From the NCBI GenBank assembly GCA_963715985.1, contig CAVQSP010000013.1:32001-96000 (forward strand): 64,000 bases of DNA. Reading direction: 5' to 3'. Shown piece after piece: positions 28,907 through 40,147 of the stretch. The notes below the pieces were generated by a model. The model made no database searches and was not told the DNA's origin. It saw only the letters and a list, made by a program, of their open reading frames with translations. Source of the DNA: an uncultured Thermoleophilia bacterium. Lineage in GTDB: Bacteria > Actinomycetota > Thermoleophilia > UBA2241. A program made the position numbers and the translations under genes. Each line of letters starts with the position of its first letter. Position 1 is the stretch's first letter.

Positions 28907-30537
28907 TGACAAGTCTCATTGCCGCAACGACTGAGACGGCGGGCGATCAGGCCATCTGGTTCTGGGTGGCCATGGTCCTGTACTTCGTCGTCATCCTATG
29001 GATCGGCGCGACCATCTTCCGCATGCTCAGGCGCAAGGCAGCAGGCGAGCAGGCGAAGGACTACTGGCTGGCGAGCCGTTCCAACAACGCGCTGCTCGTG
29101 GGCTGCAGCATCGCCGCCGGGTGGCTGCTCATCGGCTTCATCACGTGGGCCATCTACAGCACCTACATGTACGGCATCGGCGGAATCTGGGTGATGGTCG
29201 TGCCCTGGTCCATCCTCCTGTTCTGCATGGTGATCCTGGTGCCCAAGGTGCGCTCCATCAAGGCCATCTCGCAGCCACAGATGCTGCAGAACCGCTTCGG
29301 ACTGCCGCTGCGAGTACTGGTCAGCCCGTTCAACATCTTCACCTTCATCATCTGGTCGGCGGCCGAAGTGTGGACGATCGCTCACATCGTCGCCCCGGAG
29401 TTCGGCGTCGAGCCATGGGTCATGTATCTGGCCTTCAGCATCCCCATCGCCGTCTACATGTGGATGGGCGGCTTCCACTCGGTGATCAACTCCAACGTCA
29501 TGCAGTTCTTCATGGCCATCATCTTCGTGACCGTCGTGACGGTCGCCATGGTGGTCGTCGCCTACCGCGACCTGCCCAGCGGCGTGAGTATGGGCACCTA
29601 CTTGAGCAGAGTGGTTCCACCCGGCAGCGGCGAGGGGTACAACGCCTGGAACCTCATACCGCTGGGCGTGCCCTTCATCTTCATCTCCATCGTCGCCCTG
29701 CTGCCCGGCTGGGTGATCGAGGAGGACTGGTGGCTCAAGGCGCAGTCGGCCAACAGCACGCGTCAGGCGCGCAAGGGCATCTGGGCCAACCTCGTGTTCA
29801 ACTACATCTGGGTGCTCATCCTGCCGAGCATCTTCGGCCTGTTCGCGCTCGTCGTGTACCCGCCGGCGACGGCCTACGAGTCGGAGCTCGGCGGCGACGC
29901 GTACTCCATCATGACCACGTTCCTCACGGGCCACTTCCCATTCTGGGCCCTGGTCGTCCTGTTCCCGATGCTGGCGGCGCTGTCGATGTCGACGATGGCG
30001 ACCTTCACTAACGTGTGCGCCCTCAACATCAGCTACGACATCCTGCAGCCTCTGGTGTACCGCAAGCGCGGCTGGAGCGACGACAGGATCATGGCCTGGA
30101 GCCGGGCCTGGTCGCTGATCGTGTGCGGCGTGATGATCGGGGTCGCCTTCGGCATCGACTTCCTCCCGAGGGGCCTGTGGGACGCCTACTACCTGTCCAG
30201 TGGGGTGCTGACCGCCGGCGTGGCTGTGCCGGTGCTCGCCATGTTCTGGAAGCGCGCCAACCTGCCCGGCGCCTTCGCGGGCTCGCTGGTCGGCGGCCTC
30301 ACCGCCTTCATCGGCTACTTCGTCGAGAAATACGTGTTCGAGTTCGACTACTGGCCGTCCTGGCTGGCGGCGAGCGCCCTCGGCTACGCCGTCTGGGGCG
30401 CCATCGCCGGCGTCGTCACACTGATCGTGGTGACACTGCTCACCGCGCCGCCGTCGCAGGAGAAGCTCGACGCCATCTCGGCGCAGCCGGTCGACGACCA
30501 CGCCGAGTTCTTCGCCGGGGCCCGCGAGACGGGCTGA
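28906..30537 (+). CDS. Sodium:solute symporter (SSS) family protein
   Basis: DYWLASR, LQNRFG, YMWMGGFHSV, AALSMST, FWKRANLPGA; many TM helices. Confidence 0.88.
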   Translation: MTSLIAATTETAGDQAIWFWVAMVLYFVVILWIGATIFRMLRRKAAGEQAKDYWLASRSNNALLVGCSIAAGWLLIGFITWAIYSTYMYGIGGIWVMVVPWSILLFCMVILVPKVRSIKAISQPQMLQNRFGLPLRVLVSPFNIFTFIIWSAAEVWTIAHIVAPEFGVEPWVMYLAFSIPIAVYMWMGGFHSVINSNVMQFFMAIIFVTVVTVAMVVVAYRDLPSGVSMGTYLSRVVPPGSGEGYNAWNLIPLGVPFIFISIVALLPGWVIEEDWWLKAQSANSTRQARKGIWANLVFNYIWVLILPSIFGLFALVVYPPATAYESELGGDAYSIMTTFLTGHFPFWALVVLFPMLAALSMSTMATFTNVCALNISYDILQPLVYRKRGWSDDRIMAWSRAWSLIVCGVMIGVAFGIDFLPRGLWDAYYLSSGVLTAGVAVPVLAMFWKRANLPGAFAGSLVGGLTAFIGYFVEKYVFEFDYWPSWLAASALGYAVWGAIAGVVTLIVVTLLTAPPSQEKLDAISAQPVDDHAEFFAGARETG

Positions 30538-30562
30538 CGACGCGGCAGGAAGGGAGGGCGAA

Positions 30563-31012
30563 ATGGCCGACACCATCGTAGTCGGGTACGACGGCTCGAA
30601 CGCGGCAAAGGCGGCGCTGGGAGAGGCCATCGATCTCGCGAAGGGCATGCCGGACGGCGAGATCGTGATCGCCTGCGGTCACGATCGCACCCCGGGATGG
30701 CTGGGCTACGAGCCGCTGTGGAAGGCGGCCATCGAGATGGAGAGGCTCTGGGACGAGATGGAGGCCAAGATCGTCGCGGATCTCGAAGAAGCCGCGGCCA
30801 CGGTGCGTGCCGCCGGGCTCGCGGCCGCGACCGCCTGCAGTCGCGGCAAGCCGGCGGCGATCGTGGCCGGCGTGGCTCGAGACGCCGGCGCGCGGATGAT
30901 CGTCGTGGGTGCCAGGGGAGCCGGAGCCGGGGAGGAGACGACGGTCCTGGGGTCGACGACCACAGAGCTTCTGCACACGGCCCGCGTGCCCGTCCTGGTC
31001 GTGCCTGCCTGA
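30563..31012 (+). CDS. Universal stress protein
   Basis: IVVGYDGS, IVVGARG, LGSTT...VPVLVVP. Confidence 0.92.
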   Translation: MADTIVVGYDGSNAAKAALGEAIDLAKGMPDGEIVIACGHDRTPGWLGYEPLWKAAIEMERLWDEMEAKIVADLEEAAATVRAAGLAAATACSRGKPAAIVAGVARDAGARMIVVGARGAGAGEETTVLGSTTTELLHTARVPVLVVPA

Positions 31013-31294
31013 AGACGCTCGCCGGCGCTGCTCGAGAGAGGAAGACCGGTGAGCCGCTGGTCCTGCGGCCGGCGACGGGCCCTGCGGCGCGTCGCCGGCC
31101 GCGGCTTGGACCGGCCGGATCAGGTCCACAGCCGCGTGTGACGGGCCGCGCTCCGTTGGCACCCGGACGGTCATTCTGTTGGCCGGCGCGGCGCACCCGC
31201 GTACCATCGACGGCATGATCACGATGACTGAGGGGGCAGGCGCGGGCGACGACTCCTACGGCCGCGGAAATGGCCTCGGGCTGAGGCAGGGAGC

Positions 31295-31976
31295 GTGAAC
31301 GCCGGCGTCATGGGGAGCGAGACGGTGTACGACGCGGTGATCTTCGACCTCGACGGCACCCTCGTGGACACGCTGGAGGACATCGGCGACGCCATGAACA
31401 GGGTGCTGGCGGCGGAAGACGCGCCGCCGCACAGCTACCAGGAGTATCGCTATCTCGTGGGCCGGGGGCTCTGGAACCTGGCGGAGGAGTCGCTCCCCCC
31501 GCAGCTGCGCGACGAAGAGACCGTGGCACGGTGCTACGAGCGCATGATCGCCGACTACGGCGAGCACGCCCTCATCAAGACACACGTGTACGAGGGCGTG
31601 CCGACGCTGGTGCGCGGTCTGCGGCACGCCGGCCTGCCACTGGCCGTGTTCTCCAACAAGTCGGACGAGCTCACGCGCCGCGTCGTGGAGGCGCTTCTGG
31701 ACCCGCGCGACTTCACGGCCGTGGTCGGGCGCCCGCGCGGGCGTCCCGCTCAAGCCGGACCCGGCGGTGGCGCTGGAGCTGGCCGGCCGGATGCGCGTGC
31801 CGCCGGAGCGCATCGCGTACCTCGGCGACTCGCTGGTGGACATGCAGACCGCCACGGCGGCCGGCATGGTCGCCGTGGGCGCCTCTTGGGGTTTCCGCAC
31901 CACGGCGGAGCTCATGGAGAGCGGCGCCCGGGTGGTGATCGACGATCCGAGGGAGCTGCTCGAGCTGCGCGGGTAG
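31295..31976 (+). CDS. HAD hydrolase, phosphoglycolate phosphatase-like (frameshift near 31730)
   Basis: FDLDGTLVD, SNK, then KPDP, YLGDS..D, WGFR in the next frame. Confidence 0.85.
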
Positions 31977-32011
31977 GGCGGCGGTCGGGCCCGCGCGGCG
32001 CGGCGCCGGCC

Positions 32012-32905
32012 TCAGACCAGCGCGCCGGCCTCGCGCAGCAGTTCGACGAACGCCGGCATGAGGGCCGGGTTCGCGGCCACCACCGCCGGCCCCTGCCCGT
32101 GCGCCGCGGCGGCGAGCAGGACCTCGGCGCCGGCCTCGCGGGCGATGAGCACGCCGGCCGCGTGGTCCCACGGCGAGAGGTCCAGCTCCCAGTAGGCATC
32201 CACATGCCCCGCGGCGATGTGGCAGAGGTCGAGCGCCGCCGTAGCCGCCGCGGCGGATGTCACGGACGCGGCCCAGCACGGTGGCCACCGTGGCGCCCTG
32301 CAACACGCGCTGCTCGGCCGCGTAGGCGAACCCGGTGGCGACCAGTGCCTGACTGAGGTCGGTCTCCTCACGGACCTTCAGCGGCTCGTCCTCGCAGAAC
32401 GCGCCGTGCCCGGCCACCGCGCGGTACATGCGGCCCGGCGCTCGAGTCGAGGACGACGCCCACCTTGGCCTCCCCGTCGATCTCGACGGCGATGGAGACG
32501 GCGTAGGCAGGGTAGCCGTAGACGTAGTTGATGGTGCCGTCCAGCGGGTCGACCACCCAGCGCACGCCACTGTCGCCGTCGAGCAGGCTGCCCTCCTCGG
32601 CCAGCAGGGCGTCGTTCGGGCGCACCTCGCGGAGCCGCTCCACGATCAGGCGCTCGGCCTCCTTGTCGATGTGGCTCACGAGGTCGGTGGGCGTGGACTT
32701 GGTCTCGATGCGCAGGGCGCTGTGCAGGCCTTCGCGCGTGCAGGCGCCCCGCCTCCCGCGCGAAGTCGCTCGCCAGAGCGAGCAGTCCGCGGAGGGCGGG
32801 GTCGGGCAAGGGGGCCGCCTCGCGGGGACGTGGGGCCTGCGTCGGGCGCGATGGCCCGCTTTCGTCGCGCTGGTTCACGGATACTACCTCCGCGGCGCTG
32901 CGCAT
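32012..32905 (-). CDS. Inositol monophosphatase family protein (several frameshifts)
   Basis: AEEG, WVVDPLDGTINY, ATGF, AALDLC, WDHAAG spread over several frames; start uncertain. Confidence 0.85.
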
Positions 32906-33039
32906 CGCCCGGGCCGGCGACCCCGGGCGGCTGCGCCCTCCGCAGGGTAGCAGCTTCGGCGGTATCGTGGTCCGGTTTCGCCGCTCGGCGCGGTAGCGGC
33001 GCCGGTACGGTCACACGGAGGCGCACACGTCAGAGCGGG

Positions 33040-33818
33040 ATGATCGCCACCGCTTCAGCGTTCTGGTCTCACTGGGCATGGGCGGCCGCGACGGCCGTGC
33101 TCGGCTTCGTCTTCTTCGGCCTCGTGTTCCGCCAGTACCTCCTGCGCCACCGCATGCACCAGCTGGCCTGGTCCATCGGCCTCTTCCTCTACGCCGCTCG
33201 CCGCGGCCATGGAGGCGTACTCGGAGGCGAGCGGCTAGCTGGGAGCCGTTCGTCTACCGCATCTACATCGTCATCGCCGCGTCGCTGGTCGGCTTTCTCG
33301 GCCTGGGGACGCTGTACCTGGTGGCCCGCAAGCGGCGCTGGGGCGACTACTACTTCGTCTTCATCGTCGCCTGCATGGTCGGTGTTCTTCATCGGGACCT
33401 TCACGGTGTAGCTGGACCTGGACAAGCTCGTGCCCGGCATCACGGTCGGCGGTCAGGCGCTCGGCGAGAGCCTCAGCTTTCCGCGGGCGATGTCGCTGCC
33501 CATCAACATCACGGGGACCATCCTGCTGTTCGGCGGCGCCCTGTGGTCCATCATCCGCTTCGTGCGCAAGCGCGAGTTCGGCTACCGCGTGTGGGCCAAC
33601 GTGCTCATCGCCGCCGGCGCCATGGTGCTGGCCGCAGTCGGCTCGCGAGCGCGGCTGGGCACGACGGCTGGGCTGTACCCCGCCGAGATGGTGGGCGCGG
33701 CCCTGATGTTGGCCGGCTTCCTGCTCGCGGGGACGCTGGACAAGGGCACCCAGGCGGCGCGGGCCAGACGGCAGGCCGCCGCCGAGAGCGCGGCGGAGCC
33801 GGCGACGCCGGCGCCTGA
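33040..33818 (+). CDS. Multi-pass membrane protein (frameshifts and an in-frame TAG at 33409)
   Basis: Hydrophobic segments continue across frames; end approximate. Confidence 0.55.
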
Positions 33819-33835
33819 CGCGGGGAGGGACGCCT

Positions 33836-34298
33836 GTGGACGCCTTTCTGTTCGAGCAGCGGGTTCTTGGGCACCAAGGGTACGCTGGGCCCCGACCTGA
33901 CGCTGGTGCTGTCGCTGGTCGCTGCCGTACTGCTGACGGTGGGAGTGGTGCTGGCGCGCCGGCGGCAGCTTCGGAGCCGCACCGCTGGGTGCAGACCGCC
34001 GCCGTGTGCGTCAACGCCGTGCTCGTGGTCGTCTGGATGATCCGCTCCTTCCGCCTGTACGTGCTGCCCGGGTTCCCCGGGAACCTGGACAACGGCACCT
34101 ACGCCCTCACCACCGTCCACGCCGTCGTCGGCCTCATCGGCGTCGTCCTCGGGGTCTTCCTCGTGATCCGCGGCAACCAGCTGATGGCGTCGGGCCGGAG
34201 TCTCGCCCGCTACAAGACCGCGATGCGCGTCGCGTACCTTGTCTACATGGCGGGGACCGTGCTCGGTGTGGTGCTCTACGTCGGTCCTCTTCGGCTGA
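33836..34298 (+). CDS. DUF420-like membrane protein (frameshifts)
   Basis: GFLGT...DLTL, HRWVQ, HAVVG...G, GVVLY; end approximate. Confidence 0.55.
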
Positions 34299-34309
34299 GC
34301 GGTCGCCAG

Positions 34310-35609
34310 CTCAGGGGGTCGAACGCCGGTGCGCCCCGTCCGGCGGGCGGTCCTGGCGATGGTTCCGCACCCCCGACCGTCGCCTGCTGCTGCTGAGCAT
34401 CGTGTCTGCAGCTCGCGCTGGCGGCCGCGTTGGGGCACTCCTACGACAGCAGGGTCTTCATGGCCGCGGGTTACCTCGTCGGGCACGGGCAGGACCCGTA
34501 CGTCGCTCGCGACCTCAGCGCCGCCTTCCACCATCCGCTCTTCGACGTGATGACGACGGTCGGGTACCCGCCGCCGTGGCCGCTCGTGCTCGGCCTGCTC
34601 TGGCGGCTGACGGCGCTCGTCACCCCGGCCTTCCTCGTGTACGGGCTGGTCATCAAGCTGCCGGTGATCGCCGCCACCGTGGGCCTCGCGTACCTGGTGG
34701 CGGCCGCGCTCGAGCATGCGGGCGCGCGCCCCGCCGCGGCGCGCGCCGCCTGGATCGCGCTGTTGTTCAATCCCTCTCGTGCTGTTCGCCGGCGCCGCCT
34801 GGGGCCAGATCGACGTCGTGGTCGCGCTGCTGTCCGTCGGCGCGCTCGTGCTCTTGTGCGCCGGCCGCTGGGCCACCTCCGCGGTCCTGCTGTCACTGGC
34901 GGTCTGCACCAAGCCTGTCGGCTGGCCCATCCTGCTCGTGGCGCTCGCCTTCCTGGTCACGCGCTCGCCGCGCCGCGCCGCCGGGTACGCGGTCATCGTG
35001 GCGGCCGCGAGCGCCGTGCTGCTGGTGGCGCCGTTCGTCCTGCTGGGCTGGGACGCGACGCCGATCCTGCGGCACCCCAACGCCCACTTCCTCATGAGCG
35101 GGGCGATGTCGTTCATGACGGTCGTGCGCTTGTTCCGCGACCCGCTGCTGCTGCCGGGTCACTGGTGGCTGCTGAGCCTGCTGTGGATCCCCGCCGTCGG
35201 TGCGGCCGCCGTGCTGCTGCTGCGGCACGGCGTCGTCGACCTCGGCGACCTGGCGGCGAGGAGCGCCGCCCTCGTGCTCGTGTTCCTGCTCACGCGGACC
35301 TGGGTGGCGGAGCCCAACGCCGTCCTCCTCGTCCCACTCGTGCTCATCCCGGTCGCGCTGGGCAGGCTGGACCGGCGCTTCTTCACGGCCGTCTGGGCGG
35401 TGCCGCTCGCCTTCGCCGTGTTCGACCTCGCTCCGTTGCAGCTGCTGTGGGCGGCGTTCCCCGGCGCCATGGGGCGGGCGCTCCGGGTCGCCGGCCGCTA
35501 CCGGGAAGCGACCCTCGTGGTACGTGCCTGTCTGGTGGTCGCATGGCAGGTGCTGGGCTGGTGGCTCGTGCTGGCGTGCGGGCGGCGACCGGGCGCGGCG
35601 GGGTCATGA
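34310..35609 (+). CDS. GT-C fold (GT87-like) glycosyltransferase (frameshifts)
   Basis: GHSYD, DPY, YPPPW, IKLP, FNP, WGQID, many TM helices; start approximate. Confidence 0.7.
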
Positions 35610-35610
35610 G

Positions 35611-36512
35611 ATGAGCCTGGTCGTGACGCTTCACGACGGGCTGTCGCTGGTCCTGCCCGGGGCGGCCGGCGGCACGGATCGTGGCGCGGCGGATCGCGGG
35701 GGCGCCGGGCACACCGCGGCGGAGGGCGAAGGCGCGCCGCGTCACGTACCCGACGGGGCGCCTCCAGAAGGGCTTTCTGCTGTTCGACGGTCCCCGGGAC
35801 CTTGCCGAGGAAGGCGTGGGGTTCGGCGTGCCGGTGCTCAAGTGCGGCGTGCAGGCGGTCTTCGCCGGCGGCGTGCGACGTCGAGGCGCGTGACGAAGGC
35901 CCCGTGTGCACGGTCGCGGGCCGTGTACCGTATGGACCTCGTCGAGCGTCTGGCCGGGGCCGGCGGGGAGACGGTCGCGCCGCGTCCCCTCTACGCGGCG
36001 AAGGACGCGCTGGCCGCGCTGCACCGGCGCGTCCCGGCCGTCCGCGGCTTCCTCACCGCCACCTCCACCGCCCTGCGCCGCCGCTTCGGCTGGGAGACGG
36101 TGTACGTGCCGGTGGGCCTGAAGGCGGAGGTCCCCGTCACCTCCGCCGTCGACCGCCGCGACGGGTCGGTGCGCGTCGAGGTCGACCTCACCGGCCTGCC
36201 GGGGGACGTGACCGAGGTAGCCGTGATGAACGAGCAAGGCGCGCGCGCCTTCGACCGCTTCGAGGACTCCGGCGGCGCCGTGCTGCACGGTGATGCGATC
36301 GGCACGTGGGACGAGGTCACGGCGGCCGGCGCGCGCTTCGTCAGCCCAGCGTACCGGGTCGCCTTCTCCATCGAGCCAGGTCGATGGGGCGGCGCTGCGC
36401 CGCGGCCGCGAGCTGGTCGGCGCCCGCCTCGCCTGGGCCGGGTTCGGGCTCACGGTGCCCGCGAGGCGCGCGCGGCCTGTGCTACGAACTGCGCGTCGGG
36501 AGGACACCGTGA
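35611..36512 (+). CDS. Hypothetical protein (frameshifts)
   Basis: Fills the operon gap; EEGVGFGVP and VMNEQGA segments; stop overlaps the next GTG. Confidence 0.5.
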
Positions 36513-37856
36513 GCTCCGTCCTCCTCATCTACCCGTACTTCCGCCCGCGTGTGGACCGCTCGCAGTTCCGCTTTCCCCCTCTGGGAGTCCTCTACGTGGC
36601 CGCCGCCGCACGCGCCGCGGGTCACGACGTGCGCGTGCTGGACTGCACGTTTCTGCGGCGCGAGGAGGCCGCGCGCCTCGCGCTTGCCGCGCGCGCCGAC
36701 GTCGTCGGCATCTCCTGCCTGTCGACACTCGAGGATGACTGCCTGGGGATGGCCGGACTCCTGCGCGGGCGCTGCCGCCTGCTCGTCGCCGGCGGCCCGC
36801 TGCCCACGTGCGACCCGGGCCGCTTTCTCGACGTCTTCGACGCCGTGGTGCGCGGAGAGGGCGAGCGGACCATGGTCGAGCTGCTGGCCGCGTTCGCGGC
36901 CGGCGACGACCTCGCCGGCGTGCCGGGGCGTGGTGACTCGCGCCGGGACTCCGGCCGAGGAGGCGCCGCCGCGGCCGTTCGAGCAGGACCTGGACGCGCT
37001 CCCCTTCCCGGCTCGCGACCTCCTGCCCAATGCCGCCTACATCGCCGACGGGCGCAGGCGGCAGGGGGCGGCCGTGACCACGGTGATGAGCACGCGCGGC
37101 TGCCCGTATGCCTGCGACTTCTGCAGCAACGTCGTGTTCGGCTCCTCGTACCGCGCGCGCTCGCCCGGCGACGTGGTGGACGAGGTGGAGGAGGCGCTGG
37201 CGCTGGGCTACGACCGCATCTCGTTCGCGGACGACGTCTTCACGCTGGAGCACGGGCGCGTCGCGGCCATCTGCGAGGAGATCGAGCAGCGCGGGCTGCG
37301 CTTCGCCTGGGAGTGTCTGGGCCGTGTGGACGGGTTCGACGCGGAGACTGCGCGGCGCCTGCGCGCCGCCGGCTGCGACCGCGTCTTCTTCGGCATCGAG
37401 TCGGGCGTGGACGCCGTGCTGCGGCTGATGAACAAGCGGACCACGGCGGCGCAGTCGCGGCGCGCGGTGCTGGCGGCCCACGAAGCGGGCCTTCAGGTCG
37501 GGGCCTTCTTCATCCTGTGCTACCCGGGCGAGACGGACGACACGGTGCTGGAGACCCTGCGGTTCATGACCGCGCTGCCGCTCGACTACGTCGGGTTGAC
37601 GGTGCCGTACCCCCTGCCCGGGACCGGGCTGTACGAACGGGTCGGAGGGCGGACCCGCGTGCAGCGCCGGGGCGCGCGCCTCATCACGCGGCACGCCGTC
37701 ACCTACGCGGGTGACTTCTCCCCGCTGAAGATGAGAGCCGCGCTGCTCAAGGGCCGGCTGCAGTTCGAGATGGGGCGGCGGCTCGGGCCCTTCGGCCCCG
37801 CCGCCCTCCGTCTCTTCGAGCCGGCCACGGACGCGCTGTTCCGCCGTCTGCCCTGA
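36509..37856 (+). CDS. Cobalamin-binding radical SAM protein (frameshift near 36925)
   Basis: PPLG, DVVGIS, AGGP, GEGE; STRGCPYACDFC, FADDVF, GIESG. Confidence 0.88.
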
Positions 37857-37943
37857 CCGGGCGTCGGGCACGGCGCCCGTTCCGCTCGGGCCGGCGGCGT
37901 GCCCCGTCCCTCGGCCCGCCCGCCCTCGCGACGCATCCGCGCC

Positions 37944-39296
37944 TCAGGCGTCGCCTCGCGCCTTCCTGCGGCGTGTGAACTCCGCCATCGTCTCGGCCAC
38001 GCGCCGCCGCAGCCACTCCTCGTCGATGTCGGTGGGGAAGACGAAGGTGAGCTCGTTCTCGTGGGTCCAGTCGCGGCCCGGGTCGCGCCCGCCGAGGCGC
38101 AGGTAGAGCGGCGACCCCGGCAGGGGCATGGGGACGTTGAAGGAGATGTCGTCCAGGGGCAGCGAGAGCGCGAGGTCGAAGGTCAGCTCGATGTCGGCCT
38201 CCGTCTCCCCGGGGTATCCGACCATGAAGAAGGCGCCGACCTCGATGCCGGCCTCGTGGTAGGTGCGCGTCGCGTGCACGCCGTCCTCGACCGTGGCCCG
38301 CTTGTTCATGAGGTCGAGCGTCCTCTGGCTGCCGGACTCCAGACCCAGGTGCACACGCCGGCAGCCCGCCTCCTTCATCTGGGCCGCCATCTCGGGCGTG
38401 ACGCGGTCGGCGCGCGACAGGCAGCTCCACGTCATGCCGAGTCCGGTGATGCGACGGCAGAACTCGGCCAGGTGGCCGGCGTCCAGGGTGAACGTGTCGT
38501 CGGCTATCCACAGGCTGTCGTAGCCCAGCGCACGCAGCCCGGCGACCTCCGCCATCACCGTGTCCAGGTCGCGGTGCCGCACCTCGTTGCCGAACACCGG
38601 CTTGGAGCAGAAGTCGCAGGCGTACGGGCAGCCGAGCGTGACCACCAGCGAGGTGGGCTTGCCGCCGGTCTTCTCGGACCACGCGGCCTGGTACGCGGCG
38701 TGGTCGAAGTCGCTGCGATCGGGGATGGGGAAGGTGCGAAGGACGGCCTCAGGATAGTGCACGGTCGGCGTGTCCACGGCGAGGCCGCCGGCCCGCGCGA
38801 AGACGCCGTCGTAGTCGGTGAGGTCGAGCTCGAGGAGCGTGCGCCGCGCGGCGCCGCGCTCCAGGTAGTCGCGGCAGAACGCGGGAAAGCTCAGGTCGGC
38901 CTCCCCGCGGAACACCACGTCGACGTGGCCGGTGAACCGCTCCGGGAACACGGTGGGCAGCGGTCCTCCGGCCACGAGCAGCGCCTGCGGCACCTCGGTG
39001 CGCACCAGCTCCGCGACCCGCAGCGCGGCGCCTGTGAGACTGACCATGGCGGAGATGCCGACCACGTCCGGCGCGTAGGCGACGAGCTCGTCGCGCAGCC
39101 GCTCGAAGCTGCTGAACGTGCAGTCGAAGACGCGCGCCTGGATGCCGTGCGCGTGCAGCTGCGCGGCGAGGGCGGCGAGGCCGAGCGGCGGGAACAGCAG
39201 CTCGGTCTGCTCGTGCGTGCGGACGTACGGGAAGACGAGGGCGACCTTGCCTGCGGGCGGGGCCTGCCGGGCGTCGGGGGCGGCGCCGGCCGCCTG
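37944..39296 (-). CDS. Cobalamin-binding radical SAM protein (start codon apparently lost)
   Basis: FPPLG, DVVGIS, GGP, GEAD; LGCPYACDFC, ADDTF, GLESG; frame is open up to the upstream TAG. Confidence 0.88.
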   Translation of the reverse strand, partial: QAAGAAPDARQAPPAGKVALVFPYVRTHEQTELLFPPLGLAALAAQLHAHGIQARVFDCTFSSFERLRDELVAYAPDVVGISAMVSLTGAALRVAELVRTEVPQALLVAGGPLPTVFPERFTGHVDVVFRGEADLSFPAFCRDYLERGAARRTLLELDLTDYDGVFARAGGLAVDTPTVHYPEAVLRTFPIPDRSDFDHAAYQAAWSEKTGGKPTSLVVTLGCPYACDFCSKPVFGNEVRHRDLDTVMAEVAGLRALGYDSLWIADDTFTLDAGHLAEFCRRITGLGMTWSCLSRADRVTPEMAAQMKEAGCRRVHLGLESGSQRTLDLMNKRATVEDGVHATRTYHEAGIEVGAFFMVGYPGETEADIELTFDLALSLPLDDISFNVPMPLPGSPLYLRLGGRDPGRDWTHENELTFVFPTDIDEEWLRRRVAETMAEFTRRRKARGDA

Positions 39297-39980
39297 CTAC
39301 CTCACGCGGAACGAGTCCCACTCCGACCTTGCCGCGGAGTGCCCGTCGCCGGCCGGTACCGAGGCGCGCACGCGGTAGGACCCGTGTTTGGGCGGCCGCC
39401 ACGCCCAGCTGAAGCTGCCGTCCGCGGCGGCCGTGACGCCGGCCGCCGCCGCCGGCCCAGGACGAGCCGGCCCTGCGCTGCACCGTGATGCCGACGCGGT
39501 CGCCGGCGAGGCTGAGCGGCGTCAGGGCGCCGGCGACGTGCACCTGTGCGCCGCGGCGAAGCGTCGCCGGCGTGGCGCTCAGTGTCAGCGCCGGCTTCAC
39601 GAGGCCGGGCACCGAGAAGCCCGCCGTGCTCGTCCCGGTGCCGCCGACGTGGTGACGGCGACGGGGCCGCTGAGGCGCCGACGGGCACGTAGGTGGCGAT
39701 CTCGGTGCCGAGCCCGGCGTGTGGCAGGTCCAGCAGGTGGTCGGCAGGTCGGGCACCCGAAGTCCGTGTGACAGGTGAGGCACTTCTCGCCTTCCACCGG
39801 CCAGTTGGTGTGGTTGTCGGTGTGGCAGACCTCACAGCGGGCGATGCCGCCGTGGAGGTACGACGGGTAGGCCAGCGCCCGCGGCGCCGTGGCACCCAGC
39901 AGGGCGAGTGCCCCGAGTGCCAGGGCTAGCACGATCAGCGTCGGCCCGAGGCGCGCGCCGCGCCGGTGTCGCCAGGTCAC
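39297..39980 (-). CDS. Secreted triheme c-type cytochrome with shared C-terminal domain (frameshifts)
   Basis: Signal peptide; CEVCH, CLTCH, CWTCH; ends SEWDSFRVR. Confidence 0.65.
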
Positions 39981-40147
39981 ACGTCCCCCTTCGTCAAGCT
40001 TCTTCGTTCGTACCAGTCTGTCGGCCGCGCTGGTGCGGCGCAACCGTGGGCGGCATCGACGGCGACGCTTCGGCGCTTGTCAAAGGCATCCTCGGGGCAT
40101 TCTGACTCAGCGTCCGGTCGCGTCGGTCGAAAGGCGGTGGGTCCCCC

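Noticed and set aside
31215-31298. 27-codon leaderless ORF overlapping the HAD gene start
   Set aside because: No recognisable features; could be chance or a frameshifted N-terminal extension.
39290-39302. In-frame TAG between cytochrome and B12-rSAM suggesting amber readthrough or pyrrolysine (also TAG at 33409)
   Set aside because: GAGGTAGCAGGCG becomes GAGGTAGC-ATG-GCG with one restored T, giving an RBS and start; fusing a secreted cytochrome to a cytoplasmic rSAM is implausible; the region is error-rich and no pyl genes are visible.
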